From the NCBI RefSeq assembly GCF_006345805.1, contig NC_043001.1, positions 38,378,001 through 38,442,000 of the forward strand: a DNA stretch of 64,000 nucleotides, given 5' to 3'. Origin of the DNA: Octopus sinensis. Its lineage: Eukaryota. Both the position numbers and the translations under genes were made by a program. This document shows positions 13,694 through 30,939 of this stretch, one piece after another. The notes below the pieces were generated by a model that had not been told where the DNA came from, ran no database searches, and saw nothing but the letters and a program-made list of their open reading frames with translations. The first letter of the stretch is position 1. Each line of letters begins with the position of its first letter.

Positions 13694-15067
13694 TATATAT
13701 CAGTCTAAGTAACTAACAACGGCTTTTATGTGATTGGTTTTCCGTAAATTAGATAGGGAAACATTTCAGTTCTAAAGAATTAAAATACCTACCTTTTTTA
13801 ACTCTTTTCACAGGGACTTCCGTAGGTAAGCTAAACGTCGCTCAATGCTGGAAAACTGACCTTCCTATTCTCGTATGGTTTCTTCTGTTGCATGTATGAA
13901 TTCAATATATAAATTGATCAAATTCTGCTTTTTTTTATTTGTATAAATTTTGTTTCTCTAAATAAATTATTTGAAAAATCATCTTGATCTGCGGCTATCA
14001 TGTGTCGAACAGACACACAGACGGCGAGAAACACAGGGCTCTCATCATAATATAGATTGAAATTGACACAGATTGTATAGTGAGATGAATTTTTAGAAAA
14101 ATTATTTAGAAAAATTAGTTTTTGAAAGAGGAAAATATGAAATCTAATTTGAGGAGAATAATATTTCGTATTTTTGTGCTATTCAATCTACAAAAAAAAA
14201 ATGGTGGGTGCCATTACTTAGTGACTCGACCTATAGGAAAAAGTAGCCAAATCTCTCTCAAATCCCGCCATATAGTTATAAAGTGCAGAACGCATTATGT
14301 AATGTCTTAGATATACTATATCTAAATGGAATGGGGTGACCATGGCTGGTGTAACTCCCATCATAGGTCTTCTCGATCAGAAGGTAAAACAAGAACATGA
14401 TTAAAATTTGAAGAGAATACATTGTAGCATGTTTAATTTCTGGGTGTTTTGGCTATATTTTGAGGTTCAACATTAATTACTATGTTATAAGCTAAATATA
14501 CCATATATACGGTGATTTAGAAATTTAGGGATTGACGTCATAGTTTAATAATTAATTTAAATAATTAATTGAATCCTAAATGCCTGACACAATGACAGTA
14601 TAAAAATTGCTTTATTTGACGTGTCCAATTAACATATTGATAGTCATTTGGAAGAATAACCCTTTACAAATGGATCACATATATTGCATATTTCTCTACG
14701 TCATGACTTTAATTGTTTGGTATCAACAATAGATTGCGAACGGTAATAAGTTAATGTACTGCCAAGTTACCGAGGGAATTTATTGCTAATACGACGAAAT
14801 AACTAAATGTCTATAAGGAGAGAAAAAACATTTGTAAAAACATTTTGTTGATTTTGATTATTAGCAATTATTAGTAGATTCCCAATAGTGTGGGTCTGTT
14901 ATTATTTTTTGTAATATCTTTAATGAATCTTTTTAAGTAAAAGACCTTGTTTTTCGAAATCAATTAATTGTAAATGGCCCGCCGAGGTTATAGACATAGG
15001 TCATTTCATCCTGTCGAATATCTGCCTGTCTATAGATCAATCAATCATCCTATCACCTAAATAACAC

Positions 15068-15504
<437 letters not shown>

Positions 15505-15511
15505 CAGCTAT

Positions 15512-15977
15512 CTAGGATGGCACGTATGAATGACGAAGCCACCTTGAGCATAATCCTATGAACCCAGAAATTGAAAACAGAGGGTTACCCACTTGCAAAC
15601 AAATCTGGTAACATATAACAATATTGACCGAGGTTACCGTGGTTTTTTCGTAGGCTTTTCTTCCCACGGATAAACCTTATCTGCTTTCCCCTTTACACCG
15701 CACACCATGACACTGTGATACACGATCCCTATTGATCGTTTTTTTTCCTCTCCCCCTTTTTTCCTCTTTTTTCTTCCTTTTTTATTTTTCTTTTCCTTTT
15801 TTTCCCTTTTTTTTCTTGTTTTCCCCTTTTATGATCCCTTTTGATCGAAAACCTACGCCTCTTCTTTTTGTTTCTTTTGTTTTTTTATTTTTTTGTCTTT
15901 TTTCATCCCACAAAAGAAAAGCTCTACCTTGTAATTTGTCCCATCTGTGTGCAGCCCTGTGTAGCCAATAAAGAAAC

Positions 15978-15978
<1 letters not shown>
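15512..15978 (+). mobile_element. Tx1/L1-like LINE 3' fragment (ORF2 end plus 3'UTR)
   Basis: Near-identical to 18060-18559 (RMARMNDE.TLSII, 3'UTR, AATAAAGAAAC). Flanked by (TATC)n on both sides. Confidence 0.9.
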
Positions 15979-18800
<2,822 letters not shown>

Positions 18801-20034
18801 GTAAATATGCAAACAGAAGTTCCTGTTCATACAAAAAGACCCTATTTTTTTTTTATTAAGTCTCTTATCTTTCATACAATGAATTAAGTCGTATCGCGAA
18901 ATAAGAACAGTAAAATTTCCTTTTCTAAGCAGACAAAAGTATTTGCCCATTAGATACTAAACTCTTGAAATCATCAACTTTTCGATTCACATTGAAGTTA
19001 AAATCCTTTCATTTTCGTTATGATGCTAGTCCATCTCGGAAAGAAATGACCCTTACAAAGTCCTGTATTTTGCTGTAACAAGAAATTGAGATTGTAGGTT
19101 ACAGTATCGCATGCTGTATTGAAGATGCAAAAGCCGCTCCCCCAACTCCCGGGGAATGTGAATCGAGTTCGTGATTCACTCAAGACTCAATCTGACCCGC
19201 TTCTTCTGAGGTGAATCAGCTAGAGTCAGTGACTCTTGGAAAAGACATTAACATAAAAAAATCCCATTTTTGTCTATATCGGTAAATTTGGAGCTTTATG
19301 TTTACTAAAAATAAATCAGTAACATGATGTAATTTATTGGATGTGACCCTTGAAAATATCTTCTTATAAAAGTGGATATATTAATCAATGCACCAAAAAC
19401 TTCTCAGAAATACCCGTCTGATTACATACCCAGTAGAATTAAGTAAGAATATTGATCGACAGATCAAAAGGGTTTTGCACAGAATTCAAACAAAATGAAC
19501 AACAAAAAATCAAATTTGTAACAACTGATCGTTTACGGAGAAACATCGCCGACTCTAATAGGAAAGCTGGCGTAATTTTTTCTAAATAGAAAAAGGTATT
19601 TTGACTGTATCAGATAAGTGGATCTCTGTCATGTGATACGGAACATAATTTTGATAGCGATCAAACGTAAGTTATCTGATTCATTGAACCATGATTCAAG
19701 AAATGCCGTTCTCTAAACTTTGGTGATTTATTCAATACAACTGTGGTCGCCACCATGGAAACATGGCTGTTTTCAATATTCTAAAAAAAACATTTCTTGG
19801 AAATATTATTTAAGAAACTTTAAAATATATATAAATAACGATATTAATGTGAAAAAAAAAACGGAATATTCTGCAGTCTCTCTTTTGTTACATATTTCCA
19901 TTTGGATGTATTATAAAATCAGAATTTTTTTAGTTCTACCAAATTGAATACACATACATACATACATACATACATACATACATACATACATACATACATA
20001 CATACAAGTCATAGCCACTCATAATAAAAATGGT

Positions 20035-20350
20035 AAAAGCCACAGCCACTCTTAATAAGAAAGAGTACTGGTGGAATGTCCCAGCGAAAACTTCAATAAA
20101 ATGTAAACACAATAGACCTGATATAATGATTTGGGATAGAGAAGAAGAAACTGCCCAACAGATGTTAACATAAGGCTGAAGATCAGCGCAAAAGAGAATA
20201 CCTATGCTGATCTGTACCTATGAATAACTACGCTGAAATGTCGAAATCTACAGTTACTCTATTCATATTACAAGTTCAGGTTTATATCGGTAATTATTGG
20301 GGCACTGGGATATGTAATACCCTGCCTAAATACCAATCTTGAGAAAGAAA
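20035..20350 (+). mobile_element. R4/Dong-like LINE restriction-like endonuclease fragment
   Basis: KEYWWNVPAKTSIKCKHNRPDIMIWD, CPTDVNI..KISAKENTY, and KFRFISVIIGALGY. Related to 45243-45660. Confidence 0.75.
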
Positions 20351-20369
20351 TTTGGCTTCCCTGGTAGCG

Positions 20370-20965
20370 AGATTTATAGCGTCATTAGTTGCGGGTCTGA
20401 AGTCTTAAAAAGATTTAGACGAGCTGGTGCGGTTGTGGATTCATTAGACAAGGGTTTTTGGTGCTGCCTATGACTGGGCAGGAAAAATATTAGGGTCTTT
20501 AGGTCTTTGGTCCACCTTGTCCTGCTCTAGTTGTGAGACTTGGACACTGTTCAGGGTCCTTAGGAGCCGCCCGAAATATTTTGGTACCAGGACACTTCCC
20601 AGGATTATCGGTGACTATTAGTCGGATTTCGTCTCCAACCAACGGCTCTGCTCAGAAACTGGGATGCGTCCTGTTTCTTGTATGATTCAGGAGTGTCAGT
20701 TCAGACTGTTTAGTCATGTTGCCCGATTTTCCGAGTTAGATCTTGCTTACCGTGTTCTCTTCATTGAGGATCCAGTTAGGTTGATGCTCGTTTTGGTAGA
20801 TCACATGCAACATGGTTACACCAGGTGAAGAGGTATCTCGCGGCGATGGGGAACTAACTGAAACTCTACTCGACTGGTCATCTGGGTTGACTGGAAATGT
20901 ACCGACAAAAGGTGAATGTAGTAACGCACTGCAACAGTGCATGCCCCCTCACATGACCTGACCTT
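20370..20965 (+). mobile_element. RTE-type LINE 3' fragment
   Basis: CETWTL, SDFVSNQRLCSETGMRPVSCMIQECQFRLFSHVARF, and a short TGACC-repeat tail. Confidence 0.7.
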
Positions 20966-21360
20966 ATCGTATTTGGTATTCCTCCTCTTCCCTGTTAAAT
21001 TATCTATTATGTAATATACTCCTTCCTAATTTTTAATCTTTAATCAAATCCTTAACCAACTTAATTCAGTTTAGTTTTATTAAATTTTATTTACTTGAAT
21101 TCACTTTTTTCGCACAGAATAGAGAGGCAGATTATTAGCTTATAAATTTTACATACAACTACTATCCACCCTGTTGACCTTACCTCGTTCCATCTTCTAG
21201 TTACTTTAAATACCATTACACAGCAAATTGGTCAATGAATATATTTGTTACATAACTGTATGAAATAAAAGATAAAAAGGCAAAATTCTTGTCATCATTA
21301 AAAAAAAACATTTTAATTTAGATTGAGAATATAAACAGATAGTCCTTTACTGCTATTTTA

Positions 21361-22647
21361 TTGGGTTGGCAACTAAGTTCCCGCCGTTAAAAAAAAAATT
21401 TTGGAATTTATTACGTTTTTAAATTTTGGAATCTATTTTTTTCGAGAATTCTATTTTTGAATCATTTTGGAATATACTTTTTTCTAGTTAACTTTAGCTA
21501 ATTTTTGTTTATTTTCAGATCATTAAAATGGAATGTCATGTTAAGAAAAACGAGCATTTTCGACACCTCCATCTTTTTGCTTTTAATCAAGGTTCTAAGG
21601 CCACAAAAACTGCTCGAGACATTTGTGCTTTGTATGGAGAAGGTGTCATAGCTGAAAGAACCGCTCGTGATTGGTATGCCAAGTTCAAAATTGGAAATTT
21701 TGACCTCAAAGATGCACCTCGTTCTGGCCGTCCAGTTGAGTTCGATGAAGAGCGATTAAACCAACTTTTGCACGAAAATTCTCGTCAAACGACAAGGGAA
21801 CTGGAAAAGAAAATGGAATGCTCCCACACTGCTATAGAGAAGCATCTTCACTCGATGGGAAAGGTTCAGAAGTATGGCGCATGGGTTCCGCATGCTTTAA
21901 GTGACAACAGCAAAAATCAGCTACAATCTCCACTGGTTTGCTTGCTCGTCAACGCTCAACTCATGGACACAAGCAACGATTTCTTTACCGAATCGTTACT
22001 GGCGACGAAAAATGATGCCTGTACAACAATATGAAGCAGCGTAAGGAATGGCTTAGCCACGGTAAACAAGCGACACCGCGCGTGAAACAAGATCTTCATC
22101 CGCGTAAAACGATGTTGTGCGTATGGTGGGACTAGGAAGGGATTATCCATTACGAATTGCTTGAACGGAACCAAACGGTCAACGCGGAACTCTATGTTCA
22201 ACAGATGGAACGCCTCAACACAGCTATTCAAGAGAAAAGACCTAATCGGCAGTATGGAGTTCTTCTGATGCACGAAACCGCCCATCCTCATATCGCCAAT
22301 ATGACCAAAGAAGTCATTCAAACGCATGGTTGGGAAGTGCTGCCACACCCGCCGTACTCTCCTGATTTAGCACCAACGGGTTTCTACCTCTTTCGATCTC
22401 TTTCAAATGCCATGCGCGGACTTTTGTTCAAAACTGATGTAGAATTGAGAGCTTGGTTGGATCAATTTTTCGAGTCAAAATCGGGTGATTTCTACCAATG
22501 AGGTATTGAAAATCTTGTTGAACGCTGGGAAGAAGTTGTAAATAACAAGAGTGAATACATTATTGATTAATCAGTTGATATTTTTTATTAAACCTTTTAA
22601 AAAATTTAAATTTAAAATAAACGGCAGGAACTTAGTTGCCAACTTAA
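21361..22647 (+). mobile_element. Full-length mariner (DD34D) transposon, transposase inactivated
   Basis: 28-bp TIRs TTGGGTTGGCAACTAAGTTCCCGCCGTT (21361-21388) and 22620-22647 (3 mismatches), with TA on both sides. Transposase ~21528-22570 has WVPHAL, TGDEK* and YSPDLAP, with a frameshift and stops. Confidence 0.95.
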
Positions 22648-23440
22648 TAGAATAGCCAATCATATGGGTAAGGATTCTATAATCAGGTATACCGTTATCG
22701 GAGAGGGAGAAGTTAGAAAAATATAAAACTAATGTTTCTTGAGTTACATTCTCACAGACAAACAGGCTCCAAAGCTTGATAACATCTTGATCTTTCAAGT
22801 CTGCGATTTTGGCAAGTATATAATAAATCAAAGAAGGTAATTTGCTCTGTTTGTTATCTACAATCCCACATCCACAAGGTTCTTTGCAGGAAAATCTGAA
22901 AATCTACTATAATAATTTTGTGTTCTGAAGAGAATCACTGCGAGCTAACTGTTCCGTTAATGAATTGACTTATTATGCATGCATGTCAGTATATAGTGAG
23001 GAAACAGTTCCTCAAGCCATTCGAAACGTCCATAACGGTGAATGAATATATCAAAAAATATAATTCTTCATTCTTTCATTGCTATTATACTCTGTGGTTA
23101 ATATACCAATATGTCGATTGGTGAATAACATCAGATAACAATTTGTCCGGATCGTCCAGTATATTCTGCCCAGATGAATTACTTTACCCATCACTGGTCA
23201 TTCTACTGGCCAGTTTTTATCCCATGGAGTACTTATTGAGGTATGATATGAAAGATTAGATAGTTTCGCGAACTTTTCAAGCCACCAACAAAAATAAACA
23301 AACGTTTTAAGTAACTTTCTCGGCTTCATGTTTCAATTAATTAAATTTAACGCATTTTGTTGGATACTGGCTTGGGAGTGTGGCGAGTGGAGATTACGTA
23401 ATATGATAGAATAAAAGTGTAGTCATTAATTTTAGTTACT

Positions 23441-23530
23441 GTAAGGCGGCGAGCTGGCAAAAACGTTAGCACGCCGGACGAAATGCGTAGCCGTATTTCG
23501 TCTGCCGTTACGTTCTGAGTTCAAATTCCG
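23441..23530 (+). mobile_element. SINE family B, head only
   Basis: TAAGGCGGCGAGCTGGCA..GTTAGCACGCCGG..GTTCTGAGTTCAAATTCCG, as at 61623 and 62711. Confidence 0.8.
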
Positions 23531-24092
23531 CAGTCACATGCATATACATATGTTAGTAATCAAGTCAGTTGGCCAGAGTATGTTACTTTCTCAATGTGTC
23601 TTCCTCTTGTTCTTTTATTGAAATTCATACGCTTTGCTTTCAAATTAATTTTCTATTAAACGTTGATGAATCCACTCATACTCATGCCTTAACATCCATC
23701 TCTTTCCACCATTTTCTCTTTATATTTGCATGTTTTTGCGTATTAGCACATATATACACGAACACCCATATATCCATGTACGCATGTATGCACACATATC
23801 TTATATAGTTAATAGATACAGATCATGAATAATCTGACTGTCCACGATGAATTTTAATAGAGACATATAACTTTAATAAAAAGAAAAGGAAAAAAGTCAC
23901 TAAAATGAGTTATTGCATCAACAGCTTAAAACAACAACAACCACAAGAACCGGATTCAGAATAAAAACAAGTGAGACGGAGCACACTTCTTTAATCGATG
24001 TTTTCCCACATTTATTTTCTCCTGCTAATCGTAAAGGAATTGGACATCAGAAGATAGTTTTGATTGAGGAGCTTACCAAAATATGAAGATAT

Positions 24093-24179
<87 letters not shown>

Positions 24180-24184
24180 GTCTG

Positions 24185-24243
<59 letters not shown>

Positions 24244-24254
24244 GTGTGTATGTG

Positions 24255-24302
<48 letters not shown>

Positions 24303-24522
24303 CATTCAGCTGTCAATCGATGTTTTCCTGTCACCTTAAATGACGTCTCTATCAGAACATCTCGCTTTCTCTCAAGCAGAAGACCATGGTTTAACGATTG
24401 AAAATATTTGCAGTATATCCATAATGCGTGCGCGCGTGCATATGTGTATATGCATGTATATATGTATGTTTGTGTGTGTGTGTAGGTGTGTATGTATATA
24501 TATATGTATGTATATATATATA

Positions 24523-24591
<69 letters not shown>

Positions 24592-24611
24592 TATAATATA
24601 TATATATATAT

Positions 24612-24656
<45 letters not shown>

Positions 24657-24703
24657 TAAATGAAAGAATGGAGTCGAACGAAGATGTTAACAAAATTCCT
24701 TTA

Positions 24704-24785
24704 CTCTCGACATATGTTTCGAAGACAACACGTTTTCATTCCAAAGGAATAAAGGGTGCATTATGCAATCTTCTCATCGGGAAAG
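24704..24785 (-). ncRNA. Type I hammerhead motif with a U4C core change
   Basis: Minus strand: CTTTC-CCGATGA-GAAGA...TCTTC-GAA-ACATATGT-C^GAGAG. Confidence 0.7.
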
Positions 24786-24860
24786 AAAGGGACCCTCTCT
24801 CGAATTTTCTCGAATTAAACGAATTTTCCATGCTGACGATAACATAGGATAATTCATTCA

Positions 24861-24910
<50 letters not shown>

Positions 24911-25580
24911 CAACATGCACTCACAAATATATGTATGTACAAACATACGCATGTATATATGCACACGTATGTATTTCTATACACACACACACACACGCAC
25001 GCACGCACGCATGCACGCACGCACACGCACACGTACTCAGACATCTGTCTTTGTTTAGAAGAAATTGGCAGTGCCTGGAAATGCCGTATTTCACGATGGC
25101 AACCCTCTCAGTGTTGAGAGCCCAAGGTAAGTTGAACACATATTCATGCATGTATAAGTCTCTGTATGTGTGTGCATAGTTAAAAAATAGCCCAATTTTG
25201 TGTTTGTAATTAACTTAGTAATCTCCCCATTACTCTCGTGGCAAGAAGATCATCATCATTATCATTACCATCGTCGTGGTCGTAGTCGTCGTAGTCGTGG
25301 TCGTTGTAGTCGTGGTCATCGTCGTCGTCGTCGTCATCATCCTCACCATCCTCATCATCAATATCACATACTAAATGTGTGTTGTTAAACGCTACAGAGA
25401 TGCGGTGTTTCGTCATAAGGAGGTTATTTAAAGACGTATAATGTTAAGACAGCATACTTCAAAACTAGGCGAAACGAAATCATCCAGAAGTGAACGAGAG
25501 CGACAGTCAGCCATTTTTCGTTTTTGGATTTGGTTTGCAAGATTCTTTATATGAGTTCGTGTGTAGAAGCATATTCTGTT

Positions 25581-25678
25581 GTGTCTGGGGAGAGTCATTT
25601 TCTTTTTGTGCCTTATAATGTAACACACTCACCGGTAAAATTATAAGGCACAAAAAGAAAATGACTCTCCCCAGACAC
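25581..25678. repeat. Perfect 39-bp inverted repeat with a 20-nt spacer
   Basis: 25581-25619 is the exact reverse complement of 25640-25678. Confidence 0.95.
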
Positions 25679-25934
25679 GACTGTCAGCGATATTTTGTAG
25701 TTATTTCTGTTCATCAGTGTCACATATTTCACCACATCCAAAATGAATTGCAATAGCCAGCCGAAGCATGCATACAAATAAAATAAAAGTTATACATAGA
25801 TATGCAAAAGCGTGACACAAGTAAAACAAACTTCGAATTTTGTGTTAGATGTAGTTCAATAATGTAAACATTATCAATATCACATCATTGTATGTTTGTT
25901 ATTAAACACTAAAAAGCTACAGTATTTCTTTCCT

Positions 25935-26255
25935 TTAAAGGAGATCCCTTTAAAGAATAGGTGAAACGAAATCGCTCGGAAGTGAATGAGAGCGATAGCT
26001 ACCGAATTTTGTTTTACTTGCACGACACATTTTCACATCAATAAATAGATTTTACGCTATTTGTATACACACTTCTGGCTGGTTGTTGCGACTCGTTTCG
26101 GAAGTGGCTGTATGTGGCACTCATGAGTGGAAATAACTGCAAAATATCGCTGTTTGTTGCTCTCGTAGACTTCCGAGGCGGTTTCGTTTCACCTAGTTTC
26201 GAAGTATGTTGTGTTGTTTTAACGCCATACGTCTTTAAAGGGATCTCCCTTAGAT
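25935..26255. mobile_element. MITE-like element with imperfect terminal inverted repeats
   Basis: GGAGATCCCTTTAAAGA...AGGTGAAACGAAATCGCTCGGAAGT is mirrored at 26150-26250. A related terminus lies at 25417-25510. Confidence 0.55.
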
Positions 26256-26470
26256 GAAGTACTGCAGCTTTGTAACGTTTAATAACACATATATTAAGTA
26301 TACGATATTGATAATGTTTACATTATAGAGATGCTTCTAACACAAAATTCGATCTATTATTTCTATATTTATCATTATTGTTGCTGCTGCTGCTACTGTT
26401 GTTGTTGTTGGTGTTGCTGCTGGTGCTACTGCTGTCATCATCGTCGTCATCGTCGTCGTCGTCGTCGTCG

Positions 26471-26513
<43 letters not shown>

Positions 26514-27313
26514 TTTTATTATTTACTTTTATGTTTGTTAAAATCACTCGCAGAGATACACCCAGCATCTTAGGGCGGGTGAAGGATAAGAGATGTTACT
26601 GTATGACTGAAAACTTGGGGAGGGCAAGTGACAGGGGAAGTAGCAAAATATCTTCATGTAATACAACACATACATTTAAATTGATAGGGTTTTAGGATGT
26701 GGGTAGCGCTTGATTCCCATTTGGTGTTCGCAGCAGAATGCACGAAACACAATTTATGTTGGTTGTACAACAGAACAATTAAACAAAAGATTTAATGGGC
26801 ACAGATATAACACTAGACACAATAACAGTAGTTAGACAGAATTTGCTGAACAATTTTTGCTTCAAACGGCTGCAATTTTGAAAAAGACTTGAAAGTGCAT
26901 ATTCGCAGAAAATATTCTGAATCTATTTCCCTTTCACTTCTCAAAATGCATGAGGAGAAATACGTTTGCGGGTTATTAGCCTCACGCCCAGGAGGGATGA
27001 ATAAAATGACAAAAGAACATCATCAAATTTACACAAAACTGTTTGAATAAATATTCATCTTTTTCCTTTTCTTTTTTCTTTCCTCATTTTTTTTTCTTTT
27101 CACCTGTTATAAAATTGTAACTTAAAGACTGATGATGTCATTCCATCAACGTGTGGACGCTGGCTGCTCTCGTTCGTGCTTTAGATTCGAATTTTTATAA
27201 TTTTGAATTTTTATTTCTTTTTATTTTGACCTCAACAAAGACAGGCTTGCTGTCGAAATATCGTCCAACCAATAAAATATCTATTACAATCGCATCGCGC
27301 TCTTCGTCTTGTC

Positions 27314-27366
<53 letters not shown>

Positions 27367-27369
<3 letters not shown>

Positions 27370-27960
27370 GAATTTGAACTCAAAAAGTGCGGAGTAATCT
27401 ACTTTAAAAGAGACAAGCTACAGTCCCTAGCAGGAATTGAATTACCGAATAGAGACTTGATTAATCAAATTGAAACAGAAGGATACAAATACCTTGGTGA
27501 ACTAGAGTGCACGAGATAATGGAAAACGAAATGAAAAAGCAACTGAGTATGGAGTATTTCCGAAGACTGGATGGTATAAAACCCAAGAATTAATATGTGG
27601 ACGATAACATCACTTTGGTATGGAGTGGGAATTATAAAATGGCAAAAGAGAGAAATGAAGAAAATTGATGCTAAGATCAGAAATAAGTTGACAGTACATG
27701 GAGCCTTCCATCGTAAGAGTGACACCGATAGGCTGTACTTGTCCAGAAGAAAGGGTGGGAGAGTTTTGATTAGTTGCCAGGATTGTATCGAAGCAGAGGA
27801 AAACGGCTTTGGGTGGTATATAAAAAAACGCCGTGGAGCCACTGTTGAAACACACGAAGAAGGCCGGCATCATCAAAACTGACAATTATGTAACCAAAGA
27901 AAAATTTAAACAAGAAATGAACAAAAGAAAAAAAAAAGAAAAAAGCATGGAAGGAAAAGA
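27367..27960 (+). mobile_element. R4/Dong-like LINE fragment (RT C-terminus and thumb) between (AAT)n tracts
   Basis: MEFELKKC, GYKYLG, YGVGIIKW, and HRKSDTDRLYLSRRKGGR. Confidence 0.8.
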
Positions 27961-27978
27961 AAATTAATAATAATAATG

Positions 27979-28105
<127 letters not shown>

Positions 28106-28479
28106 TAATAATAATAATAATAAATATCCCATGGTAGACCAAATGAAAACAGCAGATGAAATAGGTAAAAGATGCACAGAACCCAGTGTACGAGTAGTGC
28201 ATCCCAACAAAGAAGCTGAAGAAAAAATAGCAAAGAAGAAATAGGCGGAAAAAGAAGAGAAAGTAGACTTATCTCAAGAACACCATAATAGAGATGACAC
28301 AGAATTTGAGGTAAATAATAAAGAGAAGATCATTGAAGCAAAGGAAGATATGAGAGAACTCAGCAAGACTGAGTTTACTAACATGAGCAATAGAGAACCG
28401 CTACCAAAGCTTTCAAACAACAAAAAAAAAGTATCAACATAATCATGGTATATAATATTGCTCTCAGATCTTAAGAAAT

Positions 28480-29497
28480 AAGGGACATGACCTAACAACC
28501 TTAAATAACCTCATCTATTCCACTGCTTAAAGTTGTTACTGCTCAATTAGGTATCAGGACGACACAGAAAAGGACCAACCATGTCACTAGTCTTCCTAAG
28601 TGGAAAGTAGCAATACAAAAAGAGATCGAAATTTTGCGGGAGGATGTATTAGTTCTCGATGAACTTGCTACAGAGTAAATTTTAAGACGAAACAAGCTAG
28701 AAAAATCAACCAAAAATATAAAATCAAAGATTTTATAAACCTCCTTGCAACCAAGGAACTAGTGAAACAATGAATACAACTGGAAGCCCAACGGTTCAGA
28801 AGGTATAACAAAAGAATCACATTTTATCGACAAAACAAGGTATTCAAGACGGATGCAAAAACATTTTACAGGAAAATTGGCAAAAGCAAGATAGAAGTAA
28901 AAGACCCACCCAAGACTGAGGAAATAGAATAGTTCTGGAAGAAGATATGGAGCAATAAAAAAGAATATAATGCTGAAGCTCACTGGATAGAAAAGGAGAA
29001 AATGAGACTGGATGAAGTTGAAGAGCAGAAATGGAAGCCAATAGGAGTAGAAGAACTATTATGCGTTCTTAGAAAGTCTCACAATTGGAGAACCCCAGGA
29101 CTGGGCCGGATCCCTAACGTCTGACTGTATTGTTTGACAGAAGTACACCAAAATTTTGCTACATCCCTAACTGATGTCATCCAGAACCCAGAGCTTGCCT
29201 AACTGACCGAAGGAACAATTTACCTTCCACCAAAAACAGAAGACGCGAAAAATCCACAGAACTTCCGACCATTTACATGTCTCAACACCACCTACGAGAT
29301 CCTCACATCCATACTAACTGGAAGAATATGCACTTTCCTGGAACAGAATTCTATCCTTCCACAAGCTCAAAAAGGTTGTAAAAGGAATTCTTATGGATGC
29401 AAAGTTCAATTACTCAGAAATAAAATGATTGTAGAGAATTGGTGGAGCAGCAAGAAGAACCTGAGTATGGTGTGGATAGACTACATGAAAGGGTTTA
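28480..29497 (+). mobile_element. R4/Dong-like LINE fragment (pre-RT and RT N-half)
   Basis: RFRRYNKRITFYRQNKVFK, NFRPFTCLNTTYEILTS, QKGCKRNSYGCK, and WIDYMKGF. Confidence 0.8.
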
Positions 29498-29889
29498 ATA
29501 GAATTCTGTTCCAGGAAAGTGCATATTCTTCCAGTTAGTATGGATGTGAGGATCTCGTAGGTGGTGTTGAGACATGTAAATGGTCGGAAGTTCTGTGGAT
29601 TTTTCGCGTCTTCTGTTTTTGGTGGAAGGTAAATTGTTCCTTCGGTCAGTTAGGCAAGCTCTGGGTTCTGGATGACATCAGTTAGGGATGTAGCAAAATT
29701 TTGGTGTACTTCTGTCAAACAATACAGTCAGACGTTAGGGATCCGGCCCAGTCCTGGGGTTCTCCAATTGTGAGACTTTCTAAGAACGCATAATAGTTCT
29801 TCTACTCCTATTGGCTTCCATTTCTGCTCTTCAACTTCATCCAGTCTCATTTTCTCCTTTTCTATCCAGTGAGCTTCAGCATTATATTC
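28963..29889. repeat. 392-bp inverted duplication (28963-29354 / 29498-29889) with a 143-bp spacer
   Basis: The arms read as exact reverse complements by eye, including the LINE's stop codons. Confidence 0.9.
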
Positions 29890-30034
29890 AAAGCCCTTGA
29901 GATATACATGATCTCTCCTGTAGTCTCTAAATTTTTATAAGGTAGCATGGCCATAGTAAGGGGATGAGCCAATCTAACAGCATCATCATACGAGGCATCT
30001 TTTAAGATGATTCTCTCTCCCCATTACTCTTTTG

Positions 30035-30790
30035 CATGGCACTGATTCCACTCTCAAACAAACTGAGTAACACCAGGTATGGGTTCAAAATATATAACAT
30101 TATAGTAAATTATCTGCTTTATATGGACGATTTGAAGCTGTTTGCTAGAAATGCCGAAGAGCTAGTAGGGCTGTTATCAACTGTTAAAGAGTTCAGCAAT
30201 GACATCGGGATGGATTTTGGCATTGATAAGTATGCTAAAGCAAATTTTGTAAGACGAAAGCTCAAGCAAACAGCAGCCATTAAATTAGATACTGACACTA
30301 CCGACAATTTGGCAAGAATGATCCATTGGAATCTCTGTGGAAATCACAAAGAGCAAAGTTGTGTTATGAATAAACCCCAGAAGGAGACACCGAAAATGAG
30401 AATTGCAAAATCCTGTGGGATACAATGATCCAGCGCGATCACCTGACCAGACATCGGAAACCGGACATTATTATGGTGAATAAAAAGAACATGCATGATA
30501 ATCGACATAGCATGCCCCGGTGACAATAAGATCAGTGTGAAAGAAGAAAAAATAGCAATTGGTTCACTTGGAAGTATTAGCTCTCAACTACCAACATGAC
30601 TGAAACAGATCGGTGTAAGTGTGAAGGTAGAACACCTACAAAAATCGGCATTGCTTGGAACTGCAAGAATTCTTCGCAGAGTTCTTGAAGCCTGACCAGT
30701 GAATAAGTGTCACGTTAGTCTGCTTGCTGTGGACAGCTGACACTTTCTATCATACCCAGCAAAATAAGCTGTGAGTTTTTAACACATAAC
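30035..30790 (+). mobile_element. Internally deleted R4/Dong-like LINE 3' portion with (AAC)n tail
   Basis: YLLYMDDLKLFA, LARMIHWNLC, ILWD..HRKPDII..IDIACPGD, and EHLQKSALLGTARILRRVLEA*. Confidence 0.85.
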
Positions 30791-30798
30791 AACAACAA

Positions 30799-30839
<41 letters not shown>

Positions 30840-30939
30840 TCATCATCAACAACAACAAAAACAACAACAACAACAAAAACAACAACAGCAACAATACTTT
30901 CTCCCATAGGCACAAGGCCCGAAATTTTGAGGAAGGGAT

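Noticed and set aside
13700-14058. Possible minus-strand Helitron starting TCTATATTATGATG
   Set aside because: The 5' end is plausible but no hairpin-CTRR 3' end was found.
19240-19720. Possible Penelope RT remnant (NLLDVTL)
   Set aside because: It is a single short motif in heavily decayed sequence.
22650-22900. Minus-strand open frame FSCKEPCGCGIVDNK...KLWSLFVCEN with possible splice sites
   Set aside because: Weak pyrimidine tract, no recognisable motif, and a length attainable by chance. It needs RNA-seq.
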